In this document: in pieces, positions 39,122-57,458 of the stretch
Layout: each line of letters opens with the position of its first letter
Position numbering within the stretch: the stretch's first letter is position 1
Origin: Shigella phage vB_SsoM_113
Length of the DNA: 64,000 nucleotides
Strand: one strand, 5' to 3'
Sequence record: LR746311
Notes under the pieces: model-generated
The model's database searches: none
Told to the model about the DNA's origin: nothing
Seen by the model: only the letters and a program-made list of their open reading frames with translations
Position numbers and translations under genes: made by a program

Positions 39122-39931
39122 TTAGAAACGAGATGCGACTTTCGCATATACACTTACAATATCTTCTGCACCAGGTGCAGTTTTATCTTCTACAGCTTCA
39201 GTGACGAAATTCAGTCCGGCTGCTTCAGTATCAGGAGTATTTATACTCTCAGTAATAGTGCTTTCATCTTTATTAGACTTCTTCACCATTTCTACGATGG
39301 CACTCAATTTACTTGAGAATGCATCTGAATAATCCATACCTTCGACCAGAGCAGAGACTTTTTCTTTTTGAGACTCAGTCAGATCTTTAGTACTTTCGCT
39401 CAATGCCACTTCACGCTGCACATAATTGATATATGCGTCACGCTTATTGAGTTCTTCGAACAGACGAGCTGATTCTTCTTTATGTTCTTGCAGCTCTTCT
39501 TCCATTTCAGCTACAACATCAACTGATTCTTCTGGAACAACAACGTTGTGTTCAACAAAGAGCTCTTTTAATCCACCAAGCATGGATTCAAACAGTTCGG
39601 CTTTGATGCCTTTATCAACTGCTAATTTATTTTCAGCGAGCCATTCTTTCGCAAGATGGTCGATGAATTTAGAAGCTTGCTCAGCGATTTTCTTCTCAGC
39701 TTTTTCTTCGGCTTCTTCTTTATTTTTTTCTACTTCTTCTTCTGCTTTTTCAGCAATTTTAGCGATATGAGATTCAGCTAATTTAACGGCGTGCTGCTTG
39801 ACGGTAGCTTCGAATACAGTGCCGAAAGTTTCTTTTGCTTCCGGAGAAATATTAACTGATTCGAAAATACTATCAAGAGCAACGGAAGCATCAATTTTTT
39901 GCGCTTCAGCAATCAGTTGTTCTTTAAGCAT
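39122..39931 (-). CDS. 22: prohead core scaffold protein
   Basis: 269 aa, acidic/coiled-coil; late promoter upstream. Confidence 0.9.
   Translation of the reverse strand: MLKEQLIAEAQKIDASVALDSIFESVNISPEAKETFGTVFEATVKQHAVKLAESHIAKIAEKAEEEVEKNKEEAEEKAEKKIAEQASKFIDHLAKEWLAENKLAVDKGIKAELFESMLGGLKELFVEHNVVVPEESVDVVAEMEEELQEHKEESARLFEELNKRDAYINYVQREVALSESTKDLTESQKEKVSALVEGMDYSDAFSSKLSAIVEMVKKSNKDESTITESINTPDTEAAGLNFVTEAVEDKTAPGAEDIVSVYAKVASRF
39238..39245 (-). promoter_or_regulatory. candidate late promoter TATAAATA for gene 23 (inside gene 22 3' end)
   Basis: Reverse complement of TATTTATA; about 135 nt upstream of gene 23 ATG. Confidence 0.35.
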
Positions 39932-39958
39932 TTTGTAGTCCTGTTGTTTAGATAATAA

Positions 39959-39966
39959 TATTTATA
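39959..39966 (-). promoter_or_regulatory. late promoter TATAAATA for gene 22
   Basis: Reverse complement of TATTTATA; 28 nt upstream of gene 22 ATG. Confidence 0.65.
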
Positions 39967-40600
39967 ACGCTTTTTTCATGGCCTCTGCGAGAGCCATATA
40001 GGCGTCATCGGCACTTGTATCGGCTTCCGCCGTCTGTGATTCGGTAATTTCCTTAGGAGTTACCCATGCATCTGGAGCACTTGGACCCCATACTGCATCA
40101 ACACCTACAGTTAATTTGAATCCTTCGTTTACGATACGATAACCTTTATTTGTGTCAGTCAATGAACCTAATCCACGAGAAGAAACTCCTGGAATCCATC
40201 CGGCACGAATATTAGCTGCTAATTTATCTCCAGGACCATGGTCACCTTCAATAACACGAGCTCGTCCGTATACGTCATTTCCTTTCCACCACATATCTTC
40301 TATAATGATAGCGGCTTGCATCGGGTCAACATTAGCGCGTGGAGGATGATTTAATTCTCCGAGAGCTTGTTTAGTTAAAACTTGCTCATTGATATAGTCT
40401 TTTACCGCTTTTTCTAATATGCGTTTTGGATAAAGACGTTTATTTCTATTGACGACTTCCGCTTGCATGAATATTCCTTCGATGTATAAACCGGGTTTTA
40501 AACCTAGGTCTTTTCCATCATGAGATTCAAGCATTGGCACGCCATCAATAATTTCGCCAGGTTGACCCCAAGTTTCAATTAGTAATTGGGGTTCATTCAT
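39962..40600 (-). CDS. 21: prohead protease
   Basis: 212 aa. Confidence 0.93.
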   Translation of the reverse strand: MNEPQLLIETWGQPGEIIDGVPMLESHDGKDLGLKPGLYIEGIFMQAEVVNRNKRLYPKRILEKAVKDYINEQVLTKQALGELNHPPRANVDPMQAAIIIEDMWWKGNDVYGRARVIEGDHGPGDKLAANIRAGWIPGVSSRGLGSLTDTNKGYRIVNEGFKLTVGVDAVWGPSAPDAWVTPKEITESQTAEADTSADDAYMALAEAMKKAL

Positions 40601-41025
40601 TAGCTTAATCCTAATGCTTTACGGCGTTTAAGAGCTTTTTTACGCTTACGCTGAGCACGAGATTGACCTGCTGGATTGGCAATCTTCGTTTTGGTAGCTT
40701 TGCGAGCAATTTGTCTACGTTTTGCTTTAGACAGCCCGGTGGTTTGAAATGCATTACGTTCACGCGTTTTGCGGTCTTTGGTACGTGTAATTTCACCACG
40801 AGCAGAAACATGTTTAACGATGAATTCATTTAGCGGCATATCTTCATTAATAGAAGCTAATGCAATTGCTAAATCAGTTTCATCATCAAGCATATTCTCG
40901 ACAATTGTATTTATATCGTCTTTATTTAAAGCAGAAGACAATTCGTCAAAGCGACCCTGTGCTTCAGGAATAAGTGCTTCGACATTCTCGAGAACTAATT
41001 CATGAGTTTCAGGGATCAGAAGCAT
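40600..41025 (-). CDS. 68: prohead core protein
   Basis: 141 aa. Confidence 0.8.
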   Translation of the reverse strand: MLLIPETHELVLENVEALIPEAQGRFDELSSALNKDDINTIVENMLDDETDLAIALASINEDMPLNEFIVKHVSARGEITRTKDRKTRERNAFQTTGLSKAKRRQIARKATKTKIANPAGQSRAQRKRKKALKRRKALGLS

Positions 41026-41263
41026 TATTCATCATCCTCGTCTTCGTCATCTTCATCAGAGTCTTTGTCTTTTTTGTCGTCTTTATCATCACTATCTTCG
41101 TCATCCTCATCATCAGGTTCTTCACCTTCGATTAAGAAATTACGAGCGATAGCGATTTTTTCTTCTTTAATTAAATCAATCGTTCTTGCAGCCATGGCTT
41201 CAGCAAATAATTTACGAGCGGCTACGAGGTCGTTTGATTTAATAGCTTCAATTAAACCTTCCA

Positions 41264-41264
<1 letters not shown>
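41025..41264 (-). CDS. 67: prohead core protein with acidic C-terminal tract
   Basis: 79 aa; poly-D/E tail. Confidence 0.8.
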
Positions 41265-42889
<1,625 letters not shown>

Positions 42890-42921
42890 TTAAGCAGGAT
42901 GGGGATTTCTCCCCATTCATT

Positions 42922-43413
42922 TTATTCCCAATAATCGAGAGCGAGAGTTACTTCAAAGGTTTGGATTTCATTGTTTGAATCCCAATCTAATTGAAGTTCA
43001 CCCACGTTAGTAGGCCACAGGCCTTTAATTTCGACTTCTTTTGTTACAGTTTTAGCATCACGAGCATATTGGCGAACAACAGCGCTCTTTTTATACTCTG
43101 CTGGTTTTCCACCAGTAATTTCGTTCCCTTGCCCAGCAGCAATGCTTTGCCAATCAACAAACTTCTGGCGAGCATCATGTGCCTCATCGTTCATTACCGT
43201 AACAGTCCAGTCATCGAATGTACGATCGCCTGCTACGTTAATTTTACGGTTCATAAAACCGACTGGAATTTTTTCTACAATACCAGCTGGTAAAGCAGTG
43301 GCTTTACATTGAAACGTAAAATTTTGTCCAAGATAAGAAATTTCTACTTGGAATAAGTTAGGTCGAGCAAAATCACCAGATTCAAACGCTCGTGTTACAT
43401 CATCTACAAACAT
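42922..43413 (-). CDS. 19: tail tube protein
   Basis: 163 aa. Confidence 0.95.
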   Translation of the reverse strand: MFVDDVTRAFESGDFARPNLFQVEISYLGQNFTFQCKATALPAGIVEKIPVGFMNRKINVAGDRTFDDWTVTVMNDEAHDARQKFVDWQSIAAGQGNEITGGKPAEYKKSAVVRQYARDAKTVTKEVEIKGLWPTNVGELQLDWDSNNEIQTFEVTLALDYWE

Positions 43414-43427
43414 ATTAGCCTCTGTAG

Positions 43428-43435
43428 TATTTATA
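43428..43435 (-). promoter_or_regulatory. late promoter TATAAATA for gene 19 (proximal)
   Basis: Reverse complement of TATTTATA; 15 nt upstream of gene 19 ATG. Confidence 0.6.
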
Positions 43436-43486
43436 TCCCTATGTTTAACCTAGGGCATATAGAATTAAAGAATTAAGGATATAGTG

Positions 43487-43494
43487 TATTTATA
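43487..43494 (-). promoter_or_regulatory. second late promoter TATAAATA (distal), next to HNH cassette
   Basis: Same GTATTTATAT context as proximal box; immediately downstream (on - strand) of hairpin 43496-43513. Confidence 0.5.
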
Positions 43495-43495
43495 T

Positions 43496-43513
43496 GGCCT
43501 GCCGAAACAGGCC
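43496..43513 (-). other. hairpin GGCCTG-(6 nt)-CAGGCC following HNH ORF stop
   Basis: Perfect 6-bp GC stem 7 nt downstream of HNH stop; no U-tract. Confidence 0.4.
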
Positions 43514-43520
43514 TTTAGAA

Positions 43521-44162
43521 TCATTCTAGTAAATCCCAAAGATCTACGCTATTTCTTTTTGACTTTTCTCGGTTAGATTCCCAAGTGATTATTTCTAAAT
43601 TTTTTACGCTTGCTATAATTTCCGGCGGAATTAAATTATCAAATCCATATTTGATAGATACTTTATGATCAAGTTGGTAAGCACCTTCTACGCCGCACAC
43701 TCCTATTTTATCAGCATTCGGCCATTTTGACCAAATTTTTCTTATTTTAGCTGACTTAGTTATAGAATGAACTCTACTAGCATATAATGCAAACTCTTTT
43801 CTTTTACCAGTCCATCGAGGATGTTTATCGCCTCTTTGCCATGGTCTGCTTATTCCAGATTGAACTTCCGAATTTTTAATAGCAACCTGTTTAATGCTAC
43901 ATTTTCTACATGCATGTGTGGGTGTTCTATTTAAAAGCTGAATGCTTCTACTAAATTTAATACCACACAAATCACATTTAGCGTCAACTATTTTATTACT
44001 ATTCTTTGGCATTAATTCTATTGGAACAGATATTGTATCATGATATGATACTTTATATCCCAGAATTGTCGACCACATTTTTGAATGATTTCTTGGTTTT
44101 ATTGTAACAAACTTAGAAATAATCACTTGTTTCCTCGAGAATAGGGGGCCGAAGCCCCACAA
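43521..44162 (-). CDS. HNH endonuclease-like protein with N-terminal CxxC...CxxC, between genes 18 and 19
   Basis: C-terminal HNH-like core YQLDHKVSIKYGFDNLIPPEIIASVKNLEIITWESNREK; start uncertain: TTG 44162, GTG 44126 (GAGGA 5 nt upstream) or ATG 44078. Confidence 0.7.
   Translation of the reverse strand: MWGFGPLFSRKQVIISKFVTIKPRNHSKMWSTILGYKVSYHDTISVPIELMPKNSNKIVDAKCDLCGIKFSRSIQLLNRTPTHACRKCSIKQVAIKNSEVQSGISRPWQRGDKHPRWTGKRKEFALYASRVHSITKSAKIRKIWSKWPNADKIGVCGVEGAYQLDHKVSIKYGFDNLIPPEIIASVKNLEIITWESNREKSKRNSVDLWDLLE
44145..44158 (-). other. tetraloop hairpin GGGGC-UUCG-GCCCC (on - strand) after gene 18
   Basis: Just downstream of gene 18 stop and inside the 5' end of the maximal HNH ORF. 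Confidence 0.45.
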
Positions 44163-44166
44163 TCAA

Positions 44167-46146
44167 TTAACCTGCAAGACCAGTTAACTCATCGAAATCT
44201 GCACCAGTAGCAGTTGCGACGAAATTAAGTTGGATATAATTTATACTACGAGCCGGTTGAATGTAGAATGTTGCAACAAACTCATTTCTATCAATTACTG
44301 ACGGAGTGTTATTTGTTGTATCGCAAACTACACGATATTCATAAATTCCACCGAGAGCTTTAATTCCCTGTAAGTATTGGGCAGTTTCTGTGCGGAATGA
44401 TGAACGAGTAAACGCGTTGTTTAATTCGAACAAACGATATTTTGAACTACGTCCGATATTCGTTTTCAACATATTAAACAGACGACGAACGTTAATACGA
44501 TCAAATGGAGAAGGAACAGAAGTAGCTGTTTTATCACCATACAGTACGTAACCATCACCACCTGTACCAGTTACTGGGTTGATAGCTTCTTGATATAAAC
44601 GGTCGCGCTGAGCTTGGCGAGTTTCAATAGCAAGTTTAATAACGTTAAGAATCTGGCCACGATTATAACCAGCTGGAGACATCCAAGTCTGAGAAACGTT
44701 ATCAGTTCTCGCGCATAAACCAGCAATATCAGCTGCTAATGGAACCCAACGATTCACATCATTATATTTGTCATACTGATACTTGTAGTTACCATCGATT
44801 GCTGCATAGGTTGAACTGATATTAAAGTTATTATCAGTGTATGAACCTGCTGCGGTTCTCCAATTGACTAAGTTATCAACAGCGCGAGTTACAGGAATTC
44901 CAACTACAGTTTCGCGCGGCGGTGAGCACAGTACTAGGCAATCTTGGCGAGCATCTCCAATTGAAACGACGTGTTTTTGGACAGTAGATGCTGTTTCTAA
45001 AGATTCACCGGCACAAGAACCCGCAATAAACAACTGAACGTCAACAGATTCGCGGTCAGCAAAGAAGTCCCAAGCTTCCATCAAATCTCCTGCTGTTACT
45101 TCAGCATTTGATGATAATCCACCAGACAGAGTTAAAATTCCAGAGAAGCCTTCTGGCCAGTTTTGCGCAGTTGCGAAAATATATTCTGAACCACCTTTTG
45201 CGAAAAAGTCATCAATATAGATGTTACTATCGTAAATATCTTTTTCACCTCGCTTTGTCGAAAGAACAACGCTTTGAACAATAGCATCGTTGCGACGAAC
45301 TATAATAGCGTATTGTGAATCAGTTTGTGGTCCATATCCAAACACTGCTTTGGCAGTAGATGCGCGTGTTCCGCCACCTGGATAAATTGGAAGTAATGCA
45401 GAAGCACCTTTTGCGTAGTCAGCTTTAGATACGATTTCAATTTCGATTTTATCGCCCAACTCGCCTGGATAAAGAGCTACTACTCCAGGAATTCCATATT
45501 TTTCGAGATTTGCCTGAAAGTCAACAGCTGTCATAGCAGCTTCGGCATTTTCAATTTCAGCTAATAAAATACCAGAATCAGTAATAATTTTTCCAAGAGT
45601 TATTACTGCAGCTAAACCAGAGGAAGACGAAGAAATTTCCGCGGTCCAATTAGAACCTAATGCTGGATATTCGCCTACTTCTTTTGCTTTAGCGATAATT
45701 TTTGCGGTAGGAATATTAATTTTCTTAATTTTTCCATCAGCATCTACTTCGGTAACTTTACATTCTGTTTCAACATCTTCTGAAACATACTTAACCGTGA
45801 TTTTATCTCCAACCGCGTAGTTACTACCTGGGGTAGAAATAGTGTATTCAATATTACCGGCAATCGGAGATGAGTTTTTAGCGGTATCTCTATCGACAGC
45901 ACGCACGACTCGCAAATCATTTCCATATTGTAAGAAATTCATTGCAGACATAAAATAGTCAGCAGTTTCAGCTGTAGGTTGACCAAAAGTATTAACTAAA
46001 TCTACTTCATTTGTAACCTGTTTAATTTGAAAAGCAGGACCCCACTGGAATTTACCGGCCAAAGCTGCTGTACCAGTAGAGTTATTAACCACGGTGCTTT
46101 GAACCGTAGTTTCTTTGAGCTCAATGCCCGGAGATAATAAAGTCAT
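44167..46146 (-). CDS. 18: tail sheath protein
   Basis: 659 aa. Confidence 0.97.
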   Translation of the reverse strand: MTLLSPGIELKETTVQSTVVNNSTGTAALAGKFQWGPAFQIKQVTNEVDLVNTFGQPTAETADYFMSAMNFLQYGNDLRVVRAVDRDTAKNSSPIAGNIEYTISTPGSNYAVGDKITVKYVSEDVETECKVTEVDADGKIKKINIPTAKIIAKAKEVGEYPALGSNWTAEISSSSSGLAAVITLGKIITDSGILLAEIENAEAAMTAVDFQANLEKYGIPGVVALYPGELGDKIEIEIVSKADYAKGASALLPIYPGGGTRASTAKAVFGYGPQTDSQYAIIVRRNDAIVQSVVLSTKRGEKDIYDSNIYIDDFFAKGGSEYIFATAQNWPEGFSGILTLSGGLSSNAEVTAGDLMEAWDFFADRESVDVQLFIAGSCAGESLETASTVQKHVVSIGDARQDCLVLCSPPRETVVGIPVTRAVDNLVNWRTAAGSYTDNNFNISSTYAAIDGNYKYQYDKYNDVNRWVPLAADIAGLCARTDNVSQTWMSPAGYNRGQILNVIKLAIETRQAQRDRLYQEAINPVTGTGGDGYVLYGDKTATSVPSPFDRINVRRLFNMLKTNIGRSSKYRLFELNNAFTRSSFRTETAQYLQGIKALGGIYEYRVVCDTTNNTPSVIDRNEFVATFYIQPARSINYIQLNFVATATGADFDELTGLAG

Positions 46147-46174
46147 TTTTAATCCTCTTTAATATGCTTTAATA

Positions 46175-49315
<3,141 letters not shown>

Positions 49316-49356
49316 GATTTCTCCTAATCTGGGCTTTAATTAGTTTATAATATTTA

Positions 49357-51058
<1,702 letters not shown>

Positions 51059-51070
51059 TTAAAATCCTTT

Positions 51071-51086
51071 GGGGCCTTGCGGCCCC
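51071..51086 (-). other. GNRA hairpin (GGGGCC-GCAA-GGCCCC on - strand) between wac and gene 13
   Basis: Perfect 6-bp GC stem; followed on - strand by AAAGGAUUUU and gene 13 ATG. Confidence 0.45.
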
Positions 51087-51089
51087 ATG

Positions 51090-52547
51090 TTATGCTGGTG
51101 ATAAAAAGGTAGAAAGTAATACCCATTCGCCGTCTTTACGAACGTAAGCTTGGCCATCTTTTGGAGCTTCAGGAATATAACCTGCTTCTTGTAGATCTTG
51201 AACGCTACTCTGTAAAGAGGATATATTTTCTTTAACTGTATTTACTTCCTGTGTGACTGCCGCAATGTTAGTTTCATTCGTTTTTACAGAATTAGTTAAT
51301 CCTCGTTCTTCAACAGTTGATCCGTCAGGATTATTTCCATTTATAAGTGAAGTAAGTTCAATAACTTGACCTTTAATTCCTGTTCTATTATTTCCTATTT
51401 CAACTTGTATATTTTGAACATTATTGTTTAAAACTGAAACTTCTCCTTCAATCACTGAAACTTTATTTAATAGAGATCCAGAAGGAGACGGTTGTCCTCC
51501 ACTGGAGTCAGTTCCAACAATTTGATTTAACCACGAAACATTTGCTCTTAAACCAGACGAAGTGTTTTCACCGACAATTCCATTTAAAGACTCAATAGAA
51601 GTTGTGTGATTTTTAATTTTTCCTTTAATACTAGAAGGAATATCATCTGAACCTATAGAAGTTTCAATAGCCGTTAAGCGCTGTTTAACACCTTCACTCT
51701 GATTTAATTCATTATTAATAGCTTCAATGCTACTTTTGTTATTATTAATTTCTGTTATTATAGAAACATTTTCTGGGTATCCAATAGAAGATTTAATTTC
51801 TGCTATATCAGAAATTATTAAAGTTTGTTTATCATCTATGGTGTTTAATCTATTATAAATATTTGGCCCAAAATCTACCGGTTTATTACCAAGTTCATCG
51901 CGTAATTTACCAACTTCAACAGTTAATGATCCTACGTCAGATTCAGTAAATTTAGTTTCTAATTCGCTTAAACGAATGCCTTGTGAAGATAATAACGTAC
52001 TATTTGTTATTATTCTGTGTTTCATTCCTGTGCTAGCATTACCAACAACAGGAAGACCGTTAATGTCTTGACCAGAATATTGTCCTAATTCCTGTTTAAT
52101 CCACAATAAATCATTTCTAATTGTTCTGTAAACAGAGTTTTCTTCATCATTAAATGGACCTATATCAGCAATAATTTTGTCAACTGTATTATTAGTTCCA
52201 GTTAATATATCAGTGTGTTCATTAGTAAGTGTCTTTAAATTTGATATGTCATTTTTATTAACACTGATCTGTGCTAGTGCTTCTATATCTCCTGATACAT
52301 CTAAAACTCCTTGAATTGTTTTAATATCTTTCTGTGATGTTTCAATGGCAGTTTTAAGAATTCCCACATTTTCATCAAGAACTTCGACATTTTTAAACAC
52401 GGAAACAATAGGTCTATTCATTGATCCATCATTTCCATACTTAGTACTAGCTCCTAATATTTCTTCACCATTTTTAATCCATGAAATACGCTCTTGACCT
52501 TCGTCAGGAGCGCTATCAACAAAAGGTAACTCTTTTAATTCAATCAT
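51090..52547 (-). CDS. wac: fibritin (whiskers)
   Basis: 485 aa, coiled-coil-rich. Confidence 0.9.
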   Translation of the reverse strand: MIELKELPFVDSAPDEGQERISWIKNGEEILGASTKYGNDGSMNRPIVSVFKNVEVLDENVGILKTAIETSQKDIKTIQGVLDVSGDIEALAQISVNKNDISNLKTLTNEHTDILTGTNNTVDKIIADIGPFNDEENSVYRTIRNDLLWIKQELGQYSGQDINGLPVVGNASTGMKHRIITNSTLLSSQGIRLSELETKFTESDVGSLTVEVGKLRDELGNKPVDFGPNIYNRLNTIDDKQTLIISDIAEIKSSIGYPENVSIITEINNNKSSIEAINNELNQSEGVKQRLTAIETSIGSDDIPSSIKGKIKNHTTSIESLNGIVGENTSSGLRANVSWLNQIVGTDSSGGQPSPSGSLLNKVSVIEGEVSVLNNNVQNIQVEIGNNRTGIKGQVIELTSLINGNNPDGSTVEERGLTNSVKTNETNIAAVTQEVNTVKENISSLQSSVQDLQEAGYIPEAPKDGQAYVRKDGEWVLLSTFLSPA

Positions 52548-52556
52548 TTGTAATCC

Positions 52557-54107
52557 TTAGTAATGAATTTTAATAATATAGTTTAATGATATATTCCATG
52601 GTCTAGTTTCATAACCAATTAATCCTTCACGATTAAGTGTACCATGAGCATCTCTCGGTCCACCTAATTCAAATCCATCATTAGTGAAGTATGAAGCATT
52701 ATCCCAGTCGGAATATTTTCTAGTTCCAAGATATCCTTGATAAACTGACGCGCCAAATGGGCCTTCACTTCTGTTATATTCTCCCCAACCACCGGCGTGT
52801 TTATGGTATGACATTTGTTGTGCCTGGACACCACCAACATGCATTCCGTCACATCCTACACCAAGTCTATCCTTTCCATAACCATCTTGTCCTCGTTGAT
52901 TTAAAATATGACCGCCAGTACCGGCTCCTCTGACGAAAAGACCTCGCATATCAGGAATACCAGGATTATTCCAATCACCACCAAATCTTGATCCAACTAC
53001 GTTTCTATAATCAGGAAATTGGTCACCTGACACGGTTCCACCGTGACACATAATCCAACCTGGAGGTGCTGAATCACCCGCAAACATCATAATAGTTCCA
53101 ACTGGAACCCTTTCGGACGCATATCTTTCAGTGGCAACAGGTTGATCGCCATTTTTCCACATTCCACCGCGTGACCAAATTCCATTTGCTGTAAGATGGT
53201 CTAAATTTAAAGAACCATTAATAGTTTGTCCACCACGAGTATTAATTACATCTGCGTTCCATGCTAATGCTCCAGAGCTATCACCTTCAGGGGCAATACC
53301 GGCTTGCGTCGTTAATTTAACTACTCCACGCATAGAACCGGTAGCTCCTCGACCATTTAGTGTTTCACCTGTTACTGCAACACCACCCAAATTATTATTA
53401 ATTTCAGTCTGCGTTCCTAGGCGTATAACACCCTTATATTCATGTGTTGCAACAGAATTCATAAAGGTATACGGGGAAATTGCATATCCTTCGCGGAGAG
53501 TTCCTTGACGAATTTGTGCAACAGTAGATAATTGAACTACTCCTCTCACCGATTCTGTTGCAGTGTCTTCTGAAGGAGCTATTTGCGAAATTAATTTTAT
53601 TGCAAGTTTTTGGGTTTTTAGCGGAGTCATCGCAGTAGTATCATCAACTCCAGCCAAAGCTGCAGGTGTAGATGATATTTTAATAACCCCGTTTGATGAC
53701 TCAGACGAATATCTATTTTTGAACACATCGTCAGTGTGGTATTTCAGTTTTTGTGGTGTTATTGATGAATTATTATCTGAGCCTTTTAATGTTTCTTCAT
53801 TTGTTGAATAACGCGTTAAACCATATTTAGTTTCAGTAGCATTTGGATACAATAATCTTGTTGCTAATGTAGCTGGTGTAACGATTTTAGAATTATTAGT
53901 TCCATCTAAAACCTCTTGTTCTGACGCAATCATTGCTATTCCTTTAACTTCCATAGTTGCATCAGGAATACCATTTACGCCGATATTACTTATTTTTGAT
54001 AATGCAGACTGTACTGTCGTAACAGTGCCAGGAAAATTCGATCCAGTAGGATCGAATTTAACATATTTTGATTCATTTGATACGTGCTGATATGTATTGT
54101 TACTCAT
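52557..54107 (-). CDS. 12: short tail fibre protein
   Basis: 516 aa, Gly/Thr-rich. Confidence 0.9.
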   Translation of the reverse strand: MSNNTYQHVSNESKYVKFDPTGSNFPGTVTTVQSALSKISNIGVNGIPDATMEVKGIAMIASEQEVLDGTNNSKIVTPATLATRLLYPNATETKYGLTRYSTNEETLKGSDNNSSITPQKLKYHTDDVFKNRYSSESSNGVIKISSTPAALAGVDDTTAMTPLKTQKLAIKLISQIAPSEDTATESVRGVVQLSTVAQIRQGTLREGYAISPYTFMNSVATHEYKGVIRLGTQTEINNNLGGVAVTGETLNGRGATGSMRGVVKLTTQAGIAPEGDSSGALAWNADVINTRGGQTINGSLNLDHLTANGIWSRGGMWKNGDQPVATERYASERVPVGTIMMFAGDSAPPGWIMCHGGTVSGDQFPDYRNVVGSRFGGDWNNPGIPDMRGLFVRGAGTGGHILNQRGQDGYGKDRLGVGCDGMHVGGVQAQQMSYHKHAGGWGEYNRSEGPFGASVYQGYLGTRKYSDWDNASYFTNDGFELGGPRDAHGTLNREGLIGYETRPWNISLNYIIKIHY

Positions 54108-54763
54108 GCTACTCTCTCAAAATAATAAAATACTGTAGGTTGTGTGTGACTATCTAGCGTAACAGTTTGCGCACCTAATAATTGCCAAGTTCCATACCCA
54201 GGTTTAGAAGGAGAAATTATTTCCTGTTTGAAAGTAATTCCTTTATCAGAGTATTGTTCTAAGATATGTTCTTGGTTATCTAAATACTTAACTTGTATTT
54301 TATTTCCTATGGTAGGATGGTCTTCAAATGAATCAATTGCAATAAATTTTACAACCATTTCCTGTAGAGCTATTCTAACGGCACTAGTAAATTCAATTGA
54401 AGTCATTCCATTAGTAGCTTTAACTGGAATACCAAACATGTTAACAATAACTGGGTCACCTGATTTGACTGAAGTATCAGTAACAGTTCCTTCAAATGAC
54501 CAATAGTCGGTTTGTTGCACGCCAGTAGGAGATACGCCGCTTATATTAACTAATACAGCTCCAACCGGTTGCTCTGCCATATTTCTAACGTCATTGATAG
54601 CAGATTCTACATTTGAATCATAAAAACCTTTTGATATTTGTGAAATTGTTACAGCGCCTACTGGCTGATTATTCATAATCGAAATATCATTTTTCTTAGT
54701 TCTAAAACCAAGAAAATCCGCTAAGCGGGAAATAACTCCCGCTTTATTATTAAGTAAACTCAT
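54104..54763 (-). CDS. 11: baseplate wedge protein
   Basis: 219 aa from ATG 54763; track start 54781 is TTG. Confidence 0.9.
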   Translation of the reverse strand: MSLLNNKAGVISRLADFLGFRTKKNDISIMNNQPVGAVTISQISKGFYDSNVESAINDVRNMAEQPVGAVLVNISGVSPTGVQQTDYWSFEGTVTDTSVKSGDPVIVNMFGIPVKATNGMTSIEFTSAVRIALQEMVVKFIAIDSFEDHPTIGNKIQVKYLDNQEHILEQYSDKGITFKQEIISPSKPGYGTWQLLGAQTVTLDSHTQPTVFYYFERVA

Positions 54764-56568
54764 TATGCAATCCTTATCCAACGGTATACAGTAATAGACG
54801 GTTGAATATTACTAATATTAGTAGGAGGAGTATGTGAAGAGTTTGTTGTTGCATAGTCTTCACGATATTTTGTATATATAGGACCAGTTTCATCTGGGTC
54901 ATATTGACAACCTCCAATAATAACTGATCCATTTTCATCTTCAATTAAAACTCTTTCATCAGTTTTAGTCGCAGGAAGATTTGCGTTTTCAAGCGTTACT
55001 GACGTTGTTCCAACTGTTCCACCGGCAGTGTGTGAAGGATTTCCACTAGAATCTAAATCATTATTGTTTAAAGCAAAGTTTGGATCCGTAACATCATCAT
55101 TCCATCCTACTAAAACTTGTCCTTTACCAAATAATTTCCACGAACCAAACCCCATATAAGTCACCGGATTATTTGGGTTTATAGCATTTTCATAAATTGA
55201 ACCTACAGGATAAATGCTATCGAAAATAGATGATATTGAATTATACGTTCTAGTATAAGAATCAACTTTTTCAACATTTGGCCAACCAATTTTATCAAAA
55301 TCTGTTAAGGCTACATCGCCAGTAACTTCGGTAGACGATCCTTTGCTAACATAACGGTCATCAGTCAATTCAATGATGTCATCTTTTTCTAAAAGAGTTC
55401 CTAAATCATTATTGAACCACGTTATAACGATTATATCGCCTGATTCAAATTTTCTATCAAATAAAAGACTGGTAGGTTTTCCATCTTCATATTCTATAGA
55501 ATAATCTGTGTTTGATTCTTTCCATTCGCCACCAAGAGATATACATCCTTCTTGCGTATCTGAATTAGCGCCTTCGCACAAAAACAGAGGATACCCAGCT
55601 GTTCCAGCCTGTTGCTGTAAAATTCCATTAAAACGAACCTCGAGAGAATTAGGATTAATGGGTTCGCCAGGAATTAATCCAAACGCAGAGAATGGAATTG
55701 ATTTCATCGCCGATAAATCAGTAACATAAATGCTTCCTTCTAAAGAAGTCTTTGATGTTAGTTTTGAATCTAGTACTTTTATTTGGCGTCTTGTATATGA
55801 ACTTCTCCATTGTGATACACCATCCATAAACGTTTCAATTTGAACAGTGTCGCCAATATTACAAGGCTGTCTTAACCTAATATTAAATCCATCAAGAGGA
55901 ATTAATTCTCCTTCATTTTCCCCCGGAGAGCCAAAGTCACTGTTTTCACTAAATACATCGCCGTAATATAATTCGTTACCGCGGTGTTTTACTCTGATGT
56001 TATTGACATTATAACTAGTTCCATGGAAAACATCTAAAAAGTCAGTTTGTCCTTGAACTTCTACTAAAAATTCTTTGCGAGCTACATTACTAATATCTGA
56101 ACTAACAATTTTATCAATTTGTTTGTTTTTGACATACTCCCAACGTCCTGGAGCGCAATAAACAAGCTCTAAATCACTAAATTGAATATTAATTTCAACT
56201 GACGATGACGACCCTTTAATTGTATCTCCAGAAGCAGCTACTAAAGTAACTGGATTAATGTTCCATGTTGCAAATACATCCCTAGCTCTAATTACTTTAT
56301 TATAATCATTAACAGTTCCTTTAGGAAGTTGTAAAGTTACTCTTCCAGAAGAGGTATTAATAGCGTATGATTTTCCCCACTTAGCTTTTAGTGTTTGACC
56401 AGATGAAGCATTATAAGTTTTCCAGGCACCGGCTGAATATGGAACATCTCCATCACCGAGTTCATAATAAAGTTCATCAAAGTTTTCATTTATTTTTATA
56501 CCACCTTTACGCAGGTAGTCACCGGTACCATCATCAACAACATTACCGATATTAATATTTTGTTTCAT
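54763..56568 (-). CDS. 10: baseplate wedge protein
   Basis: 601 aa. Confidence 0.9.
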   Translation of the reverse strand: MKQNINIGNVVDDGTGDYLRKGGIKINENFDELYYELGDGDVPYSAGAWKTYNASSGQTLKAKWGKSYAINTSSGRVTLQLPKGTVNDYNKVIRARDVFATWNINPVTLVAASGDTIKGSSSSVEINIQFSDLELVYCAPGRWEYVKNKQIDKIVSSDISNVARKEFLVEVQGQTDFLDVFHGTSYNVNNIRVKHRGNELYYGDVFSENSDFGSPGENEGELIPLDGFNIRLRQPCNIGDTVQIETFMDGVSQWRSSYTRRQIKVLDSKLTSKTSLEGSIYVTDLSAMKSIPFSAFGLIPGEPINPNSLEVRFNGILQQQAGTAGYPLFLCEGANSDTQEGCISLGGEWKESNTDYSIEYEDGKPTSLLFDRKFESGDIIVITWFNNDLGTLLEKDDIIELTDDRYVSKGSSTEVTGDVALTDFDKIGWPNVEKVDSYTRTYNSISSIFDSIYPVGSIYENAINPNNPVTYMGFGSWKLFGKGQVLVGWNDDVTDPNFALNNNDLDSSGNPSHTAGGTVGTTSVTLENANLPATKTDERVLIEDENGSVIIGGCQYDPDETGPIYTKYREDYATTNSSHTPPTNISNIQPSITVYRWIRIA

Positions 56569-57434
56569 TATTGAGCCACCCCGATTTTCTGCGTAGCGAT
56601 AACTTTAACTGCTGCTCTCATACCGACAGTTGAAGAACTTATAGTCGCTGTTACATAATTTGTTTTAATACTAAATGCAATATTAGCGATTTCGTCTTCT
56701 TCAGTTTCATTCCCAACTCGCATGACAGCATATTCAGAAGAAATGACCTCTGAATTAACAGTATCTACAAGAATATTTATTTCTGCTGTTTTAATTTTTC
56801 TTCCATCTACTGATTGGCATGTAACTAACAATTTAGCCATATTATATTCAGTACGATGAAATAGCGGAATGTCAACTGATCCAGACGTAGAAATATTCCA
56901 TGTACCTTCGGCCGGTGATTCCTTTTGGCCAAACATACTTTCAATAGAATAATTCCAAACAGACGTAGAATTATCAGATGAAATACATCGTAAAGTAACT
57001 TTACTATATGGGCTAGTTACTACCAAATTACCCGAAACACCTTTGATTGAATCAATAGCCTGAATTGTTAAAGGATTAGTAACTGATATTGACCCATTTG
57101 AGTTAATAAATTCAACACAGTCGCCAAGTTCGCCTTTTTCAATGATAACTTTAACACCTACAGTAGAGGTATCAATATCATGTCTAGTGCCAACTTTTAC
57201 TGGAGTTGCATACTCTGCTATAGAGTGCTTTTGATAATATCCAGTAGCATGGATAATTTGGCCATTTGCTCCAGTGCCATTTGCTACTGCCATTTTGCGC
57301 TGATCGCCAAACGCATTATAAATTGCGTTAAAATCACTATTAATTTTATTACCACCGTCGAATAAGATATCACCAGTAGAAGCGTTACCAATTTCGCCGG
57401 TATCAATCAATTTCTTTGGTTCTTGAATGAACAT
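56568..57434 (-). CDS. 9: baseplate wedge / long-tail-fibre socket protein
   Basis: 288 aa; late promoter upstream. Confidence 0.9.
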   Translation of the reverse strand: MFIQEPKKLIDTGEIGNASTGDILFDGGNKINSDFNAIYNAFGDQRKMAVANGTGANGQIIHATGYYQKHSIAEYATPVKVGTRHDIDTSTVGVKVIIEKGELGDCVEFINSNGSISVTNPLTIQAIDSIKGVSGNLVVTSPYSKVTLRCISSDNSTSVWNYSIESMFGQKESPAEGTWNISTSGSVDIPLFHRTEYNMAKLLVTCQSVDGRKIKTAEINILVDTVNSEVISSEYAVMRVGNETEEDEIANIAFSIKTNYVTATISSSTVGMRAAVKVIATQKIGVAQ

Positions 57435-57458
57435 AGCGGTTTCCTTATGAGTTTATAG

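Noticed and set aside
42901-42914. Hairpin GGGGA-TTTC-TCCCC between genes 19 and 20 as a terminator
   Set aside because: On the transcribed (- strand) side it is not followed by a U-tract; possibly an RNA stability element, not annotated.
49316-49356. Late promoter for gene 15
   Set aside because: Only near-matches to TATAAATA (AATAAATA on the - strand) are present; not called.
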